Of a stretch of DNA of 64,000 bases, positions 61,801-64,000 are shown piece by piece. Under the pieces are notes generated by a model, which was not told the DNA's origin, made no database searches, and worked only from the letters and a program-made list of their open reading frames with translations. The number at the start of each line of letters is the position of its first letter. Position 1 is the stretch's first letter. The translations under genes and the position numbers were made by a program. Source of the stretch: Raillietiella orientalis (lineage: Eukaryota); NCBI GenBank assembly GCA_036172245.1, contig JAYWIR010000004.1:5580001-5644000 (forward strand). The letters run 5' to 3'.

Positions 61801-64000
61801 GCCTGTTTACTGCGCTTCGGCATCCCTCGAGCGCTCGACCTCTTAGCAGGTCTTCTCCTCCTCCTCCCTCTCCCCGGTCATCACATGCACGATGATGCAA
61901 ACACCGCGTGTGCGGCCGGATGGTGTTGCGCCACGTTTAGGGCACCGGTGAAGGACCGGCGCTCTCTGGCGCGGTTTCCGGGAGTGCACCGCTTGGTAGG
62001 TCCGCCCTTAGGTCCCGTGGCATCGGGCAGAAGAGCACGGGGTCCCTGGGAACGCGGTCGAGTCAATGGACCGTCCAAGCGAGGATTCCAAACGGCTCCC
62101 CATGTGAAACGTGGTTTTGCGGTGCCTTCTGCTTCGCTCTTGAGCGAAGCAGAAGAGTCTGCAGCAGCAGCAGCAGCAGCGAGGGAGAGGCTGTTTTTTT
62201 TTTTTTCCTTGGGAGTGGATCACTTTTATTGGTCTCGTGACGGCGGCAGTTCAGCCCGTGAGGCGGATGGGTCTCGGAGCTCCCCTTCTGCCAGAACTCC
62301 TTCCGTGGGATGGTTCGTCGAGTGACGGTGCGGCGGCGGTGGTCGTACGAGCCTACCTGCGGACTCTATTGCTGCCCTCCTTGGCCTCCTCGATCTCTTC
62401 GTCGAGTTCGGACTTGATGTGCGCCGCCGCCGCTGCTGCTGCCGCTTGAGATGCGGTGCATATCCAACTTACGGAGCCCTCCGGCGCAGGGGCCTGCACC
62501 CTCCGGAGGCCGCTGTCCTGGTGACCGAGGGCTGGGGATCACGAGGGGAGGCTGTCGTCACGGGGATGCACGACTCAGCTTGCGTTCCTTCTGGAGCTCC
62601 CAGATGACGTAGGCAACGAGAAATGCCGAAGAACACGGAGAGCAAGCTGGACAGCGAGATGGCCGTCGGGATCAGTAGGGGAGGGCTGACTTGGAGCTCT
62701 TGCGCACCGAGTAGCCAAGAGACCAGCCGGAGTGCAGGAGAGGCTTCTGGGAGCCGGGCGACTGCGGCCGCTTCCTCTCGACATTCGGACCTGGCCGCGA
62801 GGAGCGCGAACAGGTCCGAATCACGTCCGTTTGTTTCGCAATCAGTTTCTATTCACTGGAAGAGTTCTAGCCCAACAGGTTCAATGGGGAGCAGGAGCTC
62901 ACAGAGTCCGGCGCGTCCTTGCACCGCACTTTTTTTTTCTTCCCCACCTTCGCGAGTAAGGGACCGTCTAGGAAGACGGGAAGATAATTCCACGGCCGCC
63001 GATGCAATCTGCGGATGCGATGCGTTCGAAGGGAGAACAACTCGATTATGGACATTTGAATGACGACTGTCCGTTCATTGCAAACGAGCTGCCGCACTCG
63101 TAAGTCACTTCGGCGCGGCAAACATTTCTTGGACGTCCACTCGTGGTTCTCCGAAGGGACAGACAGAATGGATTCCTGATAGCATTATGACGGCATTGTT
63201 TGGCGATCGCAAGCCCTGCAACGAGTCGGGATGCGGCTGCTGCTCGCGCTGACTGCAAGCAGGAGCGCGCAACTGCCATCTCGACGGCGCTGGTCAGTTG
63301 CAGCCACATCAATCGCTTCCCCCTCCCCTCTTGCCTTGCCAGTAGAGAGAGAGGCTCTCCCTTTGTTTTTTCTTGCCTTGTTTGGAAGACTTTCCTCGGA
63401 GGACGGGCCTCTCTGCCCGAGGACAGTACCAGTTGTTTTTACCGGACGCGAACGAACTCCGAGTCAGCGCCCTCCGCTTCCTAGGGATGCGACCCCTTCC
63501 CGCCAGCACTTCCTCCCCCCCCGACTTTCGTTTCGTTCGCAGTAGTGTTCCTTCCCTCCCCATCTCGGTACGCGGCGGGAGGAAAGACCCGCGAACGTCG
63601 TCGGATCAGCTTGCAATGATTCGCCTTTTTGCTCGCATCCCAGTTTGATAAAGAGGAATTTCCCGTAGACAACGCGCGCGGCTTTATTGAAAATCGAACC
63701 TGGATAAATCCGATGTTCGTGCAAGGAAAGCAGTGGCGGTCCTCGCAGATAGGTAGCAGGGGCACCGCTCTGGAGAGGGGGAGTTCTGTCACCGGGACCG
63801 GGATTCTCGGTCTGGGATCCATGAGAGGAGGAGGAACGTCCGACAGTCGCAAAGGCGTTCCGAGAGAGAGAGAAAAAAAGAGTTGACCTGTTGCCTGACG
63901 GTGCCGGCCCAACACGAGGAGGAGAGCTAGCCGAGGATCAGCAGAGACGGCGGCGGCGCTTCTCTCACGGTGCTCAGAGGCGTTTCCGGGGACGGTGGTG

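Noticed and set aside
49914..63915. Many overlapping 100-266 aa ORFs (e.g. 52496-53104, 57665-58321, 61525-62325)
   Set aside because: Expected in GC-rich, stop-poor DNA; low-complexity Arg/Pro/Ser/Gly content, overlapping on both strands, no recognisable domains.

Overview
Eukaryotic (animal, arthropod-like) genomic DNA, not prokaryotic. The left ~29 kb is AT-rich and CpG-poor. It carries three intact spliced housekeeping genes, which I reconstructed exon by exon: a UBE2Q-family E2 (+, 2636-5030), an RNF126/RNF115-family RING-H2 E3 (-, 21110 to ~14045) and XPC/Rad4 (-, 28505-25671). Eleven of their 16 introns are only 37-52 nt. An internally deleted pogo/Tigger-like DNA transposon sits in intron 1 of the RING gene. 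I recognise no intact gene in the right ~35 kb. It holds many heavily decayed RTE-like LINE fragments, a near-perfect 246-bp inverted repeat, a decayed I/Nimb-like LINE ORF1 with an unusual upstream region (tRNA B-box motifs plus an array of cUUCGg hairpin motifs), a ~41-bp minisatellite and a GC/CpG-rich tail. Best lead: the RING E3 gene has three alternative in-phase terminal acceptors. One is a 34-nt exon that ends the protein in CVIM-stop, a canonical CaaX farnesylation box, suggesting splicing-switched prenylation of an RNF126/115-type ligase. All calls are by eye; no database searches were run.
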